From the human T2T-CHM13v2.0 reference genome, Homo sapiens, in NCBI RefSeq assembly GCF_009914755.1, contig NC_060934.1: 64,000 nucleotides of DNA. The stretch is one strand, 5' to 3'. This document shows, in pieces, positions 11,646 to 24,814 of the stretch (its first letter is position 1; each line of letters begins with the position of its first letter). Both the position numbers and the translations under genes were made by a program. The notes below the pieces were generated by a model that had not been told where the DNA came from, made no database searches, and saw nothing but the letters and a program-made list of their open reading frames with translations.

Positions 11646-12409
11646 GATCACCCTCCAGCGAATTATGCTGAGTGTAAAAAAAAAAAAAAACCCAATAGAT
11701 TATATACTGTAAAATTCTATTTGTATAACATTCTTGAAAAGACAAGATTACAGAAATGGAGAACAAATTCGAGGTTTCTGGGGGTTAAAGTCAAGGTGTG
11801 TGGGGACGGGTGGAACGGAAGTAAGTGTGGTTATAAAAAGGCAAGATACACGACCCCTGTGGTGATGGAATTGTCATGCATCTTGACTGTATCAAAGTCA
11901 AAGCCCTAGCTTTGATATTCTACTACAGTTCTGTAAGATGTTACTATGGCGAAAACTGAGTAAAGTGTATACTATATTTTTCCGTATAATTTCTGTAACT
12001 TTTTACAAACATATAATTAACTCAAAGAAAAAATAAAAGTACATTTATGTCATTAGAAAATTTATAGAGCTATATATTTAAAATGTATGATAGATTTTCT
12101 CCAAAATTTATTCCATTATGTGTATCTTTTTTTTTACAATTTCCCAGTTGTGAAATTACATTAAAAGCATTGTTTCTCTCAAAAGCTTTTACTATAAATG
12201 TCAAGCAACTTCTTTGTTGTTACTTAAAACCTAAGCATATGATGTATATTACCTCTTGAAGAGGTAATGCAACATGAAAATGTTTAATAGATATGTGATA
12301 TTGAATGTTACTTAACTTCTCTAAACCTCTTGAATCAAGTCAGTAACGCGGGATAAATGTACCTAATACCATAACATACATCTTTGAGGAAAGAATGACA
12401 TGTTTATAA

Positions 12410-12747
12410 GGCATATATATATGCCATATATATACATATATATATATACATATATATGGCATATATATATAAGGCATATATATGTATATATATACACGCA
12501 ATGTGTATATATATATACACGCAATGTGTATATATATATACACGCAATGTGTATATATATATACACGCAATGTGTATATATATATACACGCAATGTGTAT
12601 ATATATATACACGCAATGTGTATATATATATACACGCAATGTGTATATATATATACACGCAATGTGTATATATATATACACGCAATATGTATATATATAT
12701 ATATACATGCAATGTGTATATATATATATATATATATATACACATTG
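12410..12747. repeat. TA-rich tract with a 23-bp minisatellite (ACACGCAATGTGTATATATATAT), about 8 near-perfect plus 2 variant copies
   Basis: Direct reading. The 23-aa periodicity in the spurious ORFs equals 3 x 23 bp. Confidence 0.95.
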
Positions 12748-12881
12748 TCACATGGCAAAACTCAAAACTCAGTAGTTACAAGTACTGTAACTACTATTTA
12801 TAAATGAGCTTCATTTATTTGAAAATGAAAATCAGACTAGGAAGCAATTAATTTACCGAATTATTTCAAAAAATTATTAGC

Positions 12882-12913
<32 letters not shown>
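12882..12913. repeat. (TG)n/(TA)n microsatellite
   Basis: Direct reading. Confidence 0.85.
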
Positions 12914-12914
<1 letters not shown>

Positions 12915-13680
12915 ATATATATATGTATATATATTTATTTATATGTTTTTATTCTAGGAAGAACATAAATCATTCTTATTCTAGGAACAGAACATAATAT
13001 TTCCAATCCACTAAAAGAATTCTCCATAGTATAATGTTAACTTGCCTACCAGTGAGCATTCAAATGATTGAGAATGATACTTTATAATCTACTAACAATC
13101 TATTGCAAATAGAGTATTCTGTTGTGAAAGTATTCTATAAATGAATAAGAGATATATCTCTCTGATTACTCTTCTGTATTCTTTTCAAGAAAATTCCAGT
13201 TTGACTGAGATATAATTAACAAAATGTGTATATATTTAAGGTGTATGATGTGATGATTTAATACATATATACATCAAGCTAATTAACATATTATCACCTT
13301 ACATAATTATTATTGTGTGTGTTTGTCTCTGTGTGTGTTTGTGGTAAGAATGCTTAAGATCTACTCTCAGCAAATTTCAAGTATGCAATACAATATTACT
13401 AGCTACAGTCACCATGCTGTATATTAGACTCCCCAGAATTTATTTGATTACAACTGTAAGTTTGGAACCTCTGACTAACCCCCAGCCCTTAGCAACAACC
13501 ATTCCACTCTCTGTTTATTTGATGTTGTTTTTAGATTTCACATAGAAGTGAGATCATATGGTATTTGTCTTTCTTTACCTGGCTTCGTTCACTTAGCATA
13601 ATGTCTTTTAGATTTATCCATGCTGATGCAAATGGCAAGATTTTCTTCTGTTTTTGACTAAATAATATGCACTGAATATA

Positions 13681-13960
13681 CAGATGCTCCTCAATTTATG
13701 ATAGGGTTATGCCCCATTAAACTCATCATAAATCAAAAGTATTTTAAAGTCAGAAATGCATTTAATACTGGCAGCACAGCAAACGGTCTTCAACTTAGAA
13801 TAGTTCACATTACGATTTTTTTTTGTTTTATGATGATGCAAAAGCAATATTCAGTAGAAACTATCAATTCTTTGTAAGTCATAGGAGGCCTGGAACTTAT
13901 AATAGGGTCATATCCAGATAAACTCATCCTAAAGTGAAAAATTCATAAGTAAAACCATTG
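13681..13960. mobile_element. MER47/Tigger5-derived MITE, internally rearranged
   Basis: Starts 'cagatgctcctc' after TA and contains MER47 end sequences in both orientations. Confidence 0.75.
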
Positions 13961-14099
13961 TATCTACCAAATATTCTCTATTTATCTGTCCACAGATACT
14001 TTGATTGTTTTCATATCTTGGCTACAGTGAATAACACTGCAGTGAACATGGGCGTGCAGATATCTTGTAGAGATGCAGATTTTATTTACATTGGGTATA

Positions 14100-14445
14100 G
14101 AGATGCTCCTCAATCTACAATGGTGATACATCACAATAAACCTATGGTAAGCTGAAAATATTGTAAGTCAAAACTGCATTTAATACACCTATCCCACCGA
14201 ACATCATAGTGTAGGATAGCCTATCTTAAATGCAGTTGGAACACTTACATTAGCATGGAAGGCTGGGAGCTGGAGTTCATTGCTACTACCCAGCATCATG
14301 AGAGAGTATCATGTGGCATGTTGCTAGCTGGGAAAATGTCAAAATTCAAAATTTCAAGTATAGTCTCTACTGAATGCATATTGAATTCATATCATGGTAA
14401 AGTTACAAAATTATAAGTTGAACCATCATAAGTCTGACCAGTCTG
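14100..14445 (+). mobile_element. MER47B-like Tigger5 MITE
   Basis: Runs '(g)agatgctcctc...gaaccatcataagtctgaccagtctg', flanked by TA. Confidence 0.85.
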
Positions 14446-15739
14446 TATATCTAGAAATAGAATTGCTGGATCATGTGGTACTTCTATTTTTAATTTTTTT
14501 AGGAACTTCCATACTGTTTTCCACAGCAGCTATGCCAATTTACATTTTATCCAATAATACTTAAGAATTCTCTTCTCTGCAAACCTTTGCAAACATTTGT
14601 TATAAATTGTCTTTTTGATAACAGTCATTCTAACAGATGGGATATCTCACTATGGTTTTAATTCGCATTTCCTTGATGAATAGAGATGGCGAACACATTT
14701 TTATTTGTTCTATAGATCCATTTTTTTCTATAGTGTTATTCAAATATGCTATTTCCCTATTGATTTTCTGTCTGGATGATCTATCCATTGATGAAAGTGG
14801 GGCATTCAAATTCCATACTGTTACTGTATTGCTGTCTATTTCTCCTTTCAGTTATGTTAATATTTGCTTTATATATGTTATTGCTCCAATGTTGAGGGCG
14901 TATATACTTAAAATTATTATATTCTCTTAATGATTGGCCTCTTTATCATTATATAATGATCTTCTTTGTCTCTTGTGACAGATTTGACTAAAAATCTCTT
15001 TAGTTTTATATAAGTATAGCCATGACTGCTCTATTTAGTTTACCCATTTGCATAAAATAACATTGCTAATCCCTTCACTTTCAGCCTATGTGTGTCCTTA
15101 AACCAAAGTGAGTCTTCCATAGGCAGAATACTATTGGATGTTTTTAAATTACTTATCCACCATTTCTTTTGATTGGAGAATTTAATTCATTTGCATTAAA
15201 TTACTGTTAGGTAAAGATTTATGATTACTATTTTGTTCATTGTTTTTTGACTGATTTGTAGTTTCTTTGTTCTTTTCTTTCTCCCCTGTTGTCTTAATTG
15301 TGATTTGTTGATTTTTTGTAGTGGTATATTTTGATTCCATTCTAATTATCTTTTGTGTATCTACTTGAGAATTTTTATTTGTGATTATCATGAGATTTAC
15401 ATAAAACATAGTTATTACAGTCTATTTTAAACTGATAACAACTTCAACTTTGTCTTTCACAGTTTTAATGTTATGTCTCAGAGTAATCTTTTTTGGGTTG
15501 ATCCTTTTTTGGGATCCATTAGCTTCATGAATCTGAACATTCATATTCCTCCTAAGATTTGGAAATTTTTTTTAAATAAACTTTCTCCCACTTTTTCTCC
15601 CTCTCCTCCATCAAGAACTTCCACAAGGAGTTTATTCACTAGTTTGTTGGTGTTTCACAGGTGTCATATATTTTCTTCATTTTTTTCTTTCATTTTTCTA
15701 TTTGTTCATCTAAGTAGCAATTTTCTTTTTTAAAGTCTT

Positions 15740-16130
15740 TAAATTAAAAAATTAATAATATCTTTATGTATAAACCATAATTGTAGAAGTTCTGGAATAC
15801 AATGTGATGTTTTGATAAGTGTATATAATACTGCATTCTTAAATCAAGTAAATTAACACGTCCATCACCTTGCTTACCTATCGTTTTTTATGAAAATACA
15901 TCTGAAATTTACTATCTTTGTTATTTTGGAATATATAATGCATTATAGACATTTCACAGGGCGATAGACATCAACACCAATTATTTCTGTCTATCTGAAA
16001 CTTTGTACTCTTTGATGAACAACTTGTTTCCTTTTTTTGCAACCCCCTACCCCCAGCTTCTGGTAACCATGATTTAATCTCTATTTCCATGAGTTCAACC
16101 TTATCAGATTCCATATAGAAGGCGAATCAT
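15740..16130 (-). mobile_element. L1MA-type 3' UTR fragment
   Basis: Contains 'tacaatgtgatgttttgata', 'ctgaaactttgtactctttga' and 'ccagcttctggtaacca'. Confidence 0.8.
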
Positions 16131-16740
16131 GACAATGCTAATCAAGGTAGAAAAGTTGATTAACATTGCTTAAGGCCAACATCTATACACTAGTCTCTAT
16201 TGTAGTAACACATGCTCAATTGCATTTTTTCCCTACAATAATGTTTTGAGGATAGTAATGTCATCTCCTGTTATAAACAAATAAAATTTAAACCTGGATG
16301 TAGAATCAAAGCCCACATTCTTTTCACTATACCCTGAACCTACTAAACTGTTCCAGTTCTACAGTCTCAGGCCAACATACTCTCAATTATTCTTCTATGC
16401 TGCCACCTACCCCAAAACACTGCTGAAAACTGGCGTACATGTAAAAACCTTTTTTTTTTTTAGCAGCATTTCTAAAAATAGCTACCTTGTAATTCAAAGC
16501 TACTTTCTTATTCTTTATTACCATGAAATTGAAATCAGTTAAAGAACCTCCTCACCAAATATTTAGTACTGAAGAAAAAGTATATAGAGTAAATAATTCG
16601 GAAATATCGGTTTACTTTGTGGGCACTATTCTTCTGGCCCAAGGTTTTTGAGTTCAGAAGAGATTTGGTACAAAATGAAAGGAGAGACAAGGGATGGTTA
16701 TATTTAAGTAAATAGCTCCTTCCTCTGTAATTCCATAGTG

Positions 16741-16998
16741 CCACACTTCCAATACAGTGGCCACCAGTCTCTTGTAGCTACTAAGCCCTTGAAATGTGGG
16801 TATAAGAATTGGAAAGTCTTAGTATGTAAAAGAATGTAAAATATCTCATTAATGGTGTTAATTATAATTATACATTGAAATGATATTTTGGATATTTGAC
16901 TTATGTTCTTAAATGTATTGCACCTATTTCATTTTACCTTTAAGAAACCACTAACAATTTTAAAATTGCATACATATCTTGCAATAGATTTCTCTTGG
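16741..16998 (+). mobile_element. MER33-like hAT-Charlie MITE
   Basis: Contains 'tccaatacagtggccaccag...cttgaaatgtgg' and 'aaaagaatgtaaaatatctcattaat'. Confidence 0.8.
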
Positions 16999-17109
16999 TG
17001 GGTAATTTCATACTGCTTTATCCATATCACTTGTAAATATCCATCTTATTGTAGGATGAAATATTGCATGTATTTGTTTCTGATACCTCAGAAAGCACTG
17101 AGGTATTGG

Positions 17110-17193
17110 AGTCATTGTCCATAGCTTATTTATTATTCCCAAAGCACAGCTGTATGACTGGCACACAGTGGACATTCAATAAATGCTCTTGAA
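17110..17193 (+). mobile_element. L2 3' end fragment
   Basis: Contains 'ctggcacacagtggacattcaataaatg'. Confidence 0.6.
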
Positions 17194-19559
17194 GTGGTTT
17201 TTGATTAGCTTCACTTTTAAAATAACAAAATAAATTTAAACATCAATTAAGGCAATTAGTTAACTTGCATGAAAACATTTTCTAATACAACTTTACATTG
17301 TTGTTTTTAAACAGATGAAACTAAAATTTTAAGTTTAATTACTGACTTCCATTAAGTAGTAATTTTATGTGAAATGTCTCAACCTTTGCTGGATTATGCA
17401 TATGTCCTCCCATTGCCACTCTACTACACTCCATTGCTTTAAAATTACTTTTATAAAATGACCTAGATTTAGAGAAATCATTCACCCAGAAAAGAATGCA
17501 TCACGGAACTCTGAAATGTAGAGTAGGTTGATCTTAGCGCACTGTTTAGAATAAAACAGAAAGGTATAGGCAAGAGTAACAGATTTGGATTTCAGTATTG
17601 TGAATTTTTGTTACAAAAATAAAATTACAATTCATATTGAATATTGTAAATATCTCAGAATTTAGAAAAACAAATGGCTTTTTACAGAACATTTTTTATT
17701 AAAAACTGCTACAACCATCCAAGCTATGAACAATATGTGAAGACACGTTTCATTCCCTAGGTAAGTTATTCTCATCATAATTTTTATAATAGTGAAAGTC
17801 ACTAGATAGATAAATAATCTGAGAATGAGCATTTATTCAAGGTTGAGGCTTGTATATATTAAACACTTTAAATTGTTCACTTCTCATATAAATCATATGT
17901 TATCAAAATATTCATTGCAATATTCCTAAATTTTTAAAGTATTTCTGCTTATAAGGAAGTCTACTTTTGGCTTACATGTATTTCTTCTTGTAAGTTGAAA
18001 GACTCTTTTATTTATGACATATTAAACAATTTCAAACTCTATCTAAACTTCCAAAACCCAAAGATATATAAACTTTGCAATTTGACAGACAATGTAATTT
18101 TTCTTGAACTGAAATACATTCAGGAATATAGCACGTTCTTTTAAAGTATTTTCATTTTATGGAATCAAAGTAACTCCTAAATCTGTCTTCATAATTTTAC
18201 TATTCATCACTGCAGAATTAAGGTGAAATCAATAATGTGGTGGCAGCAAGTAGCACAGAAGATCAGAGAGAAGCAAACTGAAACTGACACCTTTAGCATT
18301 TGTGTGACTGACAGCATTCTGCAAAATAGCTAATCATCCTGAGAAGACTCTATTTCATGAAAATGAGTCATTAGATTGAGAGTTGTCAGGATCAATAAAT
18401 GTGCATTTTAAATGTATAGTTAACCTAATTTCATATGCAATTTGTTTAAAATTATTTCCTTCTCAGATATTCAGTATCCCTCACTTAATGGTGTTACTAA
18501 ATTATAATGAATGACTGTGGACTGGAATAGGTTTTTGCTACTAATAGACAAGACAGTGGTTGTATTTGACTAATAAATTAGCTATTAAACTTTCTAAGCA
18601 TTGACTTATAATAGATAATCAACACAATTCTATTTTTTTCATTTCATATAGTAAAAAGTATCATTATTCTGAAGTTTAAGACAAATTCATCTGTGTATAT
18701 CCAATACGTAGAAAACAGGATATGCTTGATAAATCTTTGTGGATTTAGTGGATGGGAAAATTCAAAATATTCTTAACATTTTTAGCCAAATACTTACACA
18801 GTAATTTATTTTTTATTTGTCATTTAAGGTTCAACTAGCCCCAGAATGTAATTAATATTTCCCTCTGCTTCCTTAATATCTGGCAAGGCTTCCTTTTAAT
18901 ACTTTTTTCTTTAGCACAACACCTTATTGTGAGACTCTTTCTACCATACAAAATCACTGTTATACATGAGTGCTTTCCATCAAGCAATGTTTTCTCATTC
19001 TCTACTCGAGTGCATCTTTGCACCACTCTGCTATTGATTTGGGGTCTTTGACAGACTATCACACTCAAACAACACAATCAGGTTTATAATTTATGCTTGT
19101 GACTGTGTCATTAAAACTTGTCAGTAAATATTTTCAAACTTGCCATTTCCTAATTAGAGATTCACAGGGGAACACTTGTAGAATTCAAAGGAATGGACTT
19201 TCAACTTCTCAGAGTAGGTATTAGGTCACAAAAGCCATATCATTCAAATGAATTAGACATTGCTAAAATTCTTCTATTATTACTGCTAGGTTATATTTAT
19301 AGGCAACGTCATGAAGTGGCAGTACAAATCTGTATCAGTTGTCTATACACTGCCTAGCTGTTTTTATTATGTATAAAGAAGAGCTACTGTCCCTGGCAAG
19401 CATTGCTTAAATTAGTATAAATGTGATTGGTCTATTTGCACTTCAGTTGAATTAAAGGAGCTAGATGGAAATTTTTTCCTACCTTGTTAAAATTTGCAGC
19501 AGCAAGAAAATAAAGAAAGAATGGGTTAATTTTATAGGTGACATTGCCTCTGGTGCATG

Positions 19560-19996
19560 TGTATATTCGTTTCTTATGACTGCCATAACAAAGTACAACA
19601 GATTGAGTGGCTTACAAAAAGAGAAACATATTGTCTCACAGTTCTGGTGGCTAGAAATCCAAGGTTAAGGTGTCAGCCAGAATGGTTCCTTCTGAAGGCT
19701 GTAAGGAAGAATTTGCTCCATGCCTCTTGCCTACCTTCTGGTGGGTCACTGGTGATCTTGTAGATTGAGCTTCATCTTCATATAGCATTCTTCCTATGGA
19801 GTGTCTATGTCCAAAGTACTCCTTTTTTAAAAAATAAAAACTCCATTTATGTAGATTAGGGTCGATTTACTCCAGGATGACTTCATCTTAAGGAATTACA
19901 TCAGTAACTACTTCCAAATAAGGTTATATTCTGAGTTTCTAGGTGTAAGGACTTCAATATATAATATTGTAAGGGACTCAGTTCAACCAATAATAA
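19560..19996 (-). mobile_element. MLT1 (B/C-like) MaLR solo LTR
   Basis: Contains 'ctgccataacaaagtac', 'tctcacagttctggtggctagaaatccaag' and 'tccaaataaggt'. Confidence 0.9.
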
Positions 19997-20599
19997 TATG
20001 AAAGTATGAATATACATGAATTTTGTTTTCTTTCTTATTAAGTCAAACTTAATATCAAATTTAATATTAAATCAAAAAAGAGAAAGAATAAAAACAAAAC
20101 AAAAATTTGACTTTTATGTATGACTTAAATTTAATGCTTTGGCACCCTAAAAGTCCTGTCTTCAGCTGTTGTGAATGTACATTTTTAAAGTGCATCCATT
20201 ATTAAAAAATAAATAAAATATTTGATATTTCAATAATAGGTATTGTTTTTTCTTCTGACAACAATGAGGTAGCTAATTTGCTTCTTTATAAAACCAAGAT
20301 ACACTTCTGAGTGCTTAACAAGTGCCAAGAGAAGTTAATAACATTTTTTGTGGACAGAAGAGAAAGCAAGCTACACTGATATTGGTCTCAACTAGCTGCT
20401 ACCTGAGTACTTTAGCTTTTACAAAAATTTTTTTTTAATTTTCTCAGACAAGTTCTCACTCTGTTGCCCAAGCAGCAGGGCAGTGGCACAATTGTGGCTC
20501 ACTCTAGACTTGACCTCCTGGGCTCAAGTGATCCTCCCATCTTAGCCTCTGGAGTGGCTGGGACTACAGGCATGTGCCATCACACTCAGCTAATTTTTT

Positions 20600-21791
20600 A
20601 TTTTATTATTTATTTATTTATTTATTTTTATTATACTTTAAGTTTTAGGGTACATGTATACAACGTGCAGGTTTGTTACATATGTATACATGTGCCATGT
20701 TGGTGTGCTGCACCCATTAACTGCTCATTTACATTAGGCATATCTCCTAATGCTATCCCTCACCCCTCTCCACACCCCAAAACAGGCCCCAGTGTGTGAT
20801 GTTCCCCTTCCTGTGTCCAAGTGTTCTCATTGTTCAATTCCCACCTATAAGTGAGAACATGCGGTGTTTGGTTTTTTGCCCTTGTGATAGTTTGCTGAGA
20901 ATGATGGTTTCTAGCTTCATCCATGTCCCTACAAAGGACATGAACTCATCATTTTTTATGGCTGCATAGTATTCCATGGTGTATATGTGCCACATTTTCT
21001 TAATCCAGTCTTTCATTGTTGGACATTTGGGTTGGTTCCAAGCCTTTGCTATTGTGAATAGTGCCTCAATAAGCATACGTGTGCATGTGTCTTTATAGCA
21101 GCATGATTTATAATCCCTTGGGTATATACCCAGTATTGAGACGGCTGGGTCAAATAGTATTTCTAGTTCTAGATCCTTGAGGAATCGCCACACTGACTTC
21201 CACAATGGTTGAACTAGTTTACAGTCCCACCAACAGTGTAAAACTGTTCCTATTTCTCCACATCCTCTCCAGCATCTGTTGTTTCCTGACTTTTTAATGA
21301 TTGCCATTCTAACTGGTGTGAGATGGTATCTCATTGTGGTTTTTATTTGCATTTCTCTGATGGCTAGTGATGATGAGCATTTTTTCATGTGTTTTTTGGC
21401 TGCATAAATGTCTTCTTTTGAGAAGTGTCTGTTCATATCCTTTGCCCACTTTTTGATGGGGTTGTTTGTTTTTTTCTTGTAAATTTGTTTGAGTTCTTTG
21501 TAGATTCTGGATATTAGCCCTTTGTCAGATGAGTAGATTGCAAAAATTTTCTCCCATTCTGTAGGTTTCCTGCTCACTCTGATGGTAGTTTCTTTTGCTA
21601 TGCAGAAGCTCTTTAGTTTAATTAGATCCCACTTGTCAATTTTGGCTTTTGTTGTCATTGCTTCTGGTGTTTTAGACATGAAGTCTTTGCCCATGCCTAT
21701 GTCCTGAATGGTATTGCCTAGGCTTTCTTCTAGGGTTTTTATGGGTTTAGGTCTAATATTTAAGTCTTTAATCCATCTTGAATTAATTTTT
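20600..21791 (-). mobile_element. Young 5'-truncated L1PA (PA3/PA4-like), about 1.2 kb
   Basis: Canonical L1PA 3' UTR 'ttatactttaagttttagggtacatg' plus the 3' end of ORF2. Confidence 0.97.
20834..21694 (-). pseudogene. L1 ORF2p C-terminal fragment (Cys-rich domain), open to the native stop
   Basis: The translation MGKDFMSKT...[25 protein letters not shown]...SLIGGN matches the L1 ORF2p C-terminus. There is no promoter, EN or RT. Confidence 0.95.
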
Positions 21792-22088
21792 GATGAAGTC
21801 CTGCTATGTTGCTCAGGCTAGACTTGAATTCCAGTTCTCAATAAATCCTCCTGCCTTGGCCTCCCAAAGTGCTGGGATTATAGGCATGAGTCACTGCACC
21901 TGGGCAGCAATTTTAAAAATCTATTAAATTACAGTTTATTTACAAATCCATGTGAGAGATACAAGATGCATTTGCTTTTTTATCACTTTACTTTTAGGAT
22001 CACATATACAGGTATTAGGGTGATCTGATAACTTCTCCTGTTCTTTACTAATATTGGCATAAATTCTGCCTTTAGGGATTATAAATAA

Positions 22089-22130
22089 ATATATATATGT
22101 GTGTATATATATATATGTGTTTGTCTGTGA

Positions 22131-22172
<42 letters not shown>
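22089..22172. repeat. TA/TG microsatellite including (TA)20 at 22132-22171
   Basis: Direct reading. Confidence 0.95.
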
Positions 22173-22175
<3 letters not shown>

Positions 22176-24814
22176 ATTACCACAAATACATATATGTTTT
22201 TGACAGTCCCTAAAAGTGTGCCAGAATTAGACTTTCATGCATAAAAATAAAGAGATTTGAGCTTTCAATCATGGATATGCTACGTTAATGCTCCTCAAAG
22301 TATTTACTTACAAATTAGTAGGAATGAGTGAATCAACTCTAAAACTGACAAAGAAATGTTATCCAGAGTATTTTAAAGCATAAAAAAACAATTACCTGAG
22401 TGCAATAGGAGTATAACAAGTGAAGTCACCTTTATTAAAATGAGCATTGTCTCATTACTTTTCATCTCTTTCAATCTAATGTCTTATTTCACTATTTGTG
22501 TATAATAATGACATATTTTTAAGTTCATTCTTTCTTATAATAAGGAGTCTAATTCAATTTTTTAAATGTTTAACTGTCGTCGGCTTTTGAGCAGAACCCC
22601 TGTATTTGGCATGTGCTGGGAATTCAGAGTATGAGCAAGAACCCTCATCCCTATACAATTCTCTAACCATCATTATTATTCTTATCCATCTCAAGTTAAT
22701 TTTTAGCTCAGTTGGAAGTCCTGACACTCTCTCCCCAAAAAGCTTCACATATGAATTTTAAAAAAATTCATATACTCTTGTATATGTGAATGTGGCACCA
22801 TTACTATGACATCTAAACCAAATCTTTCCCTCTTGTGTACATGACCTGAGCCAAATCTTGAGTGAGGATCTATTCTGATTCTGTAGGATGACTATGATTT
22901 TGCTTTGCTCAGCTATGTTCTTTAAATTATTAGACATCTTTGGATGAATATTCTTTTTTACATTGTTATAATGTTTAACAAATAAAAAGTAACAACATAA
23001 GTCCCTGAATTAATAGAATAAAGTTTAGAGAAGTGGGAAACTGTTCCCCATGATAAATATAAACATCATTTATTTTCTTTGGTTTATTTTTGTCTTTTGG
23101 GGGCCTGAACATCACACAAATGTCTTTGTGGCCTATCTCTGGAAAATTAATTATTTTAAGCTATCTAAATATATTTAATTAAATTCTATGCATAGTAGAG
23201 GAAGCAGGATTATTTTAAAACTAATTATACATAAAATTGTTGTAGGTCTGGCAGTGGAGCTGATGGTTCTTATAGCTTTCAATAGTTTGTGTACAGTTAT
23301 TTTCAACTATACATTCAGTGATGCCATGCTGGTAACTTGTTTTAGGCTGAAGTGGAAGTATTTGCAGCATCACAATTGTCAAAGTCTACAAATTAGGGTT
23401 GCTTTTGTTTGTTTGTTTGTTTGTTTCAGCACCGTTGTATTTTACAAATATAAATACAGGTGAATGATTTTATTTTGGCTTCAACAATAATGCCTGTCTA
23501 CTAGTTACTAACTGGAGTGTTTTAGCTATTTTTAAATTTATTGAATTACAATTTGCTCACAAATCTGCATAAAAGATGTAGTGACAAGTTCACTTTCAAT
23601 AGGTTAATTTGGTTTTTATCTTCCTCATTGCTACCTTTAAAGCCTACTGGTATGCAAGCAGTAAAAAAGTAGACTGAGGACACATTATGATCAAGTGTTA
23701 TCTATCTTATATCAAATCTACTTGAATTCGTTAGCTAGGCAACAGTTTTCTTCAAACATGTTTTTCCTCATAAAAATAGGTAATCTTTTACATAAATGGC
23801 TCTTATTAATGGCTATTAAAGTAGACTAAAGAGCTATTTACCAATGTGTGAATACCATCTTGAAAAATAAATAAGAATCTCTGGAAGCAGAACCCCAAGA
23901 TATTTTAATTAGAAACCAATTCTGAAAGCCACGCATATTTTTCTATGGGCAATATGACTACCCTTCATTTCTTACAACTCAAACTTGACCTTCTGAATAT
24001 CCCTCATTAAGAAGATATTTCCTTGATAAGAAAGGAGAGCCACATCTGTGGCAGTGACTAAAATTATTGTGCAGGAATTGTTTCTGGCGAGTAATTGAAT
24101 AACAGATGTTGTAGCCAAATTGCCAGATCATTCTCACATTCATGTCAATGAGAAACTACTAAGCACAAAGAATTATTTTGCAACATATGACATCACCAGA
24201 TTAATCTTACGTGTGTTAATACAGCAAGTGATAGCATGTCATAAAGTGTTTATATAGAGACCTGTGTAAGAGATCCCTTAAAACAATTAACATATTGAAA
24301 GAAAAATCCTTATATCTAGAAAGCAGAAGTAGCAGAAAAACTATTGGAGACTTTCAATGAATACGAAGAAGTGAATAAATAGATTTTTTTTATCAAATTA
24401 AAGATCTGATCTTTGTAAGTAATTCTGTTTTGGAAATTTAATGAATAAAATATCTAAACTATGAATAACAGTTGTACATAGCTATTTATAATTTTCTAAT
24501 ATTTATTTATCATAAAGATATAAAAAGAGAATCAATAAAGCAAATACTACATGACTCAAGAACTACCTAATACACAGGACATAGCATATTGGTACACAAT
24601 AATTTCTTAAATTTCTCATATCGGGAAACAGTCTCTTGAGGGGTTAAGGCAGCTGCTCATGTTGACTAAACTAGTAAGAGGCATAACCAGATTTAAACCT
24701 TTTTCCTCTAAACATCTTAATACTTGGTGAAACTTGTTTCACAATCTTTTCTGCTTTTTTTCCATAATTAAGGGTAGCTATACTCAGTCGCTTCATTAAT
24801 TCCAACCTCATGCA

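Larger units (their letters stand above)
9985..12038 (+). mobile_element. Old L1 3' end (L1MD/MC-like), split by two LTRs
   Basis: L1 pieces at 9985-10221, 10739-10760 and 11646-12038, e.g. 'ccagcaattgcactttt', 'gaattatgctgagtg', 'tgtggtgatggaattg'. Confidence 0.85.
13195..15720 (-). mobile_element. L1MA9-like LINE with large internal deletions (3' UTR, end of ORF2, endonuclease region, ORF1 fragment)
   Basis: 3' UTR 'ttaagatctactctcagcaaatttcaagtatgcaatac'. Jumps at about 14710 to the EN region 'ttttctgtctggatgatctatccattgatgaaagtgggg'. Confidence 0.85.
20428..21905 (-). mobile_element. AluJ split at its A-rich linker by an L1PA insertion (arms at 20428-20599 and 21792-21905)
   Basis: The right arm ends at 'cagctaatttttt'. 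The left arm resumes at 'ctatgttgctcaggct...ccttggcctcccaaagtgctgggatta'. Confidence 0.92.

Noticed and set aside
12340-12807. Six overlapping Y/I/C-rich ORFs
   Set aside because: They are translations of the TA-rich minisatellite, which lacks stop codons.
22749-22773. 11-bp AT-rich inverted repeat (similar ones at about 20050 and 45636)
   Set aside because: Low complexity and expected by chance. Too short for a pre-miRNA.
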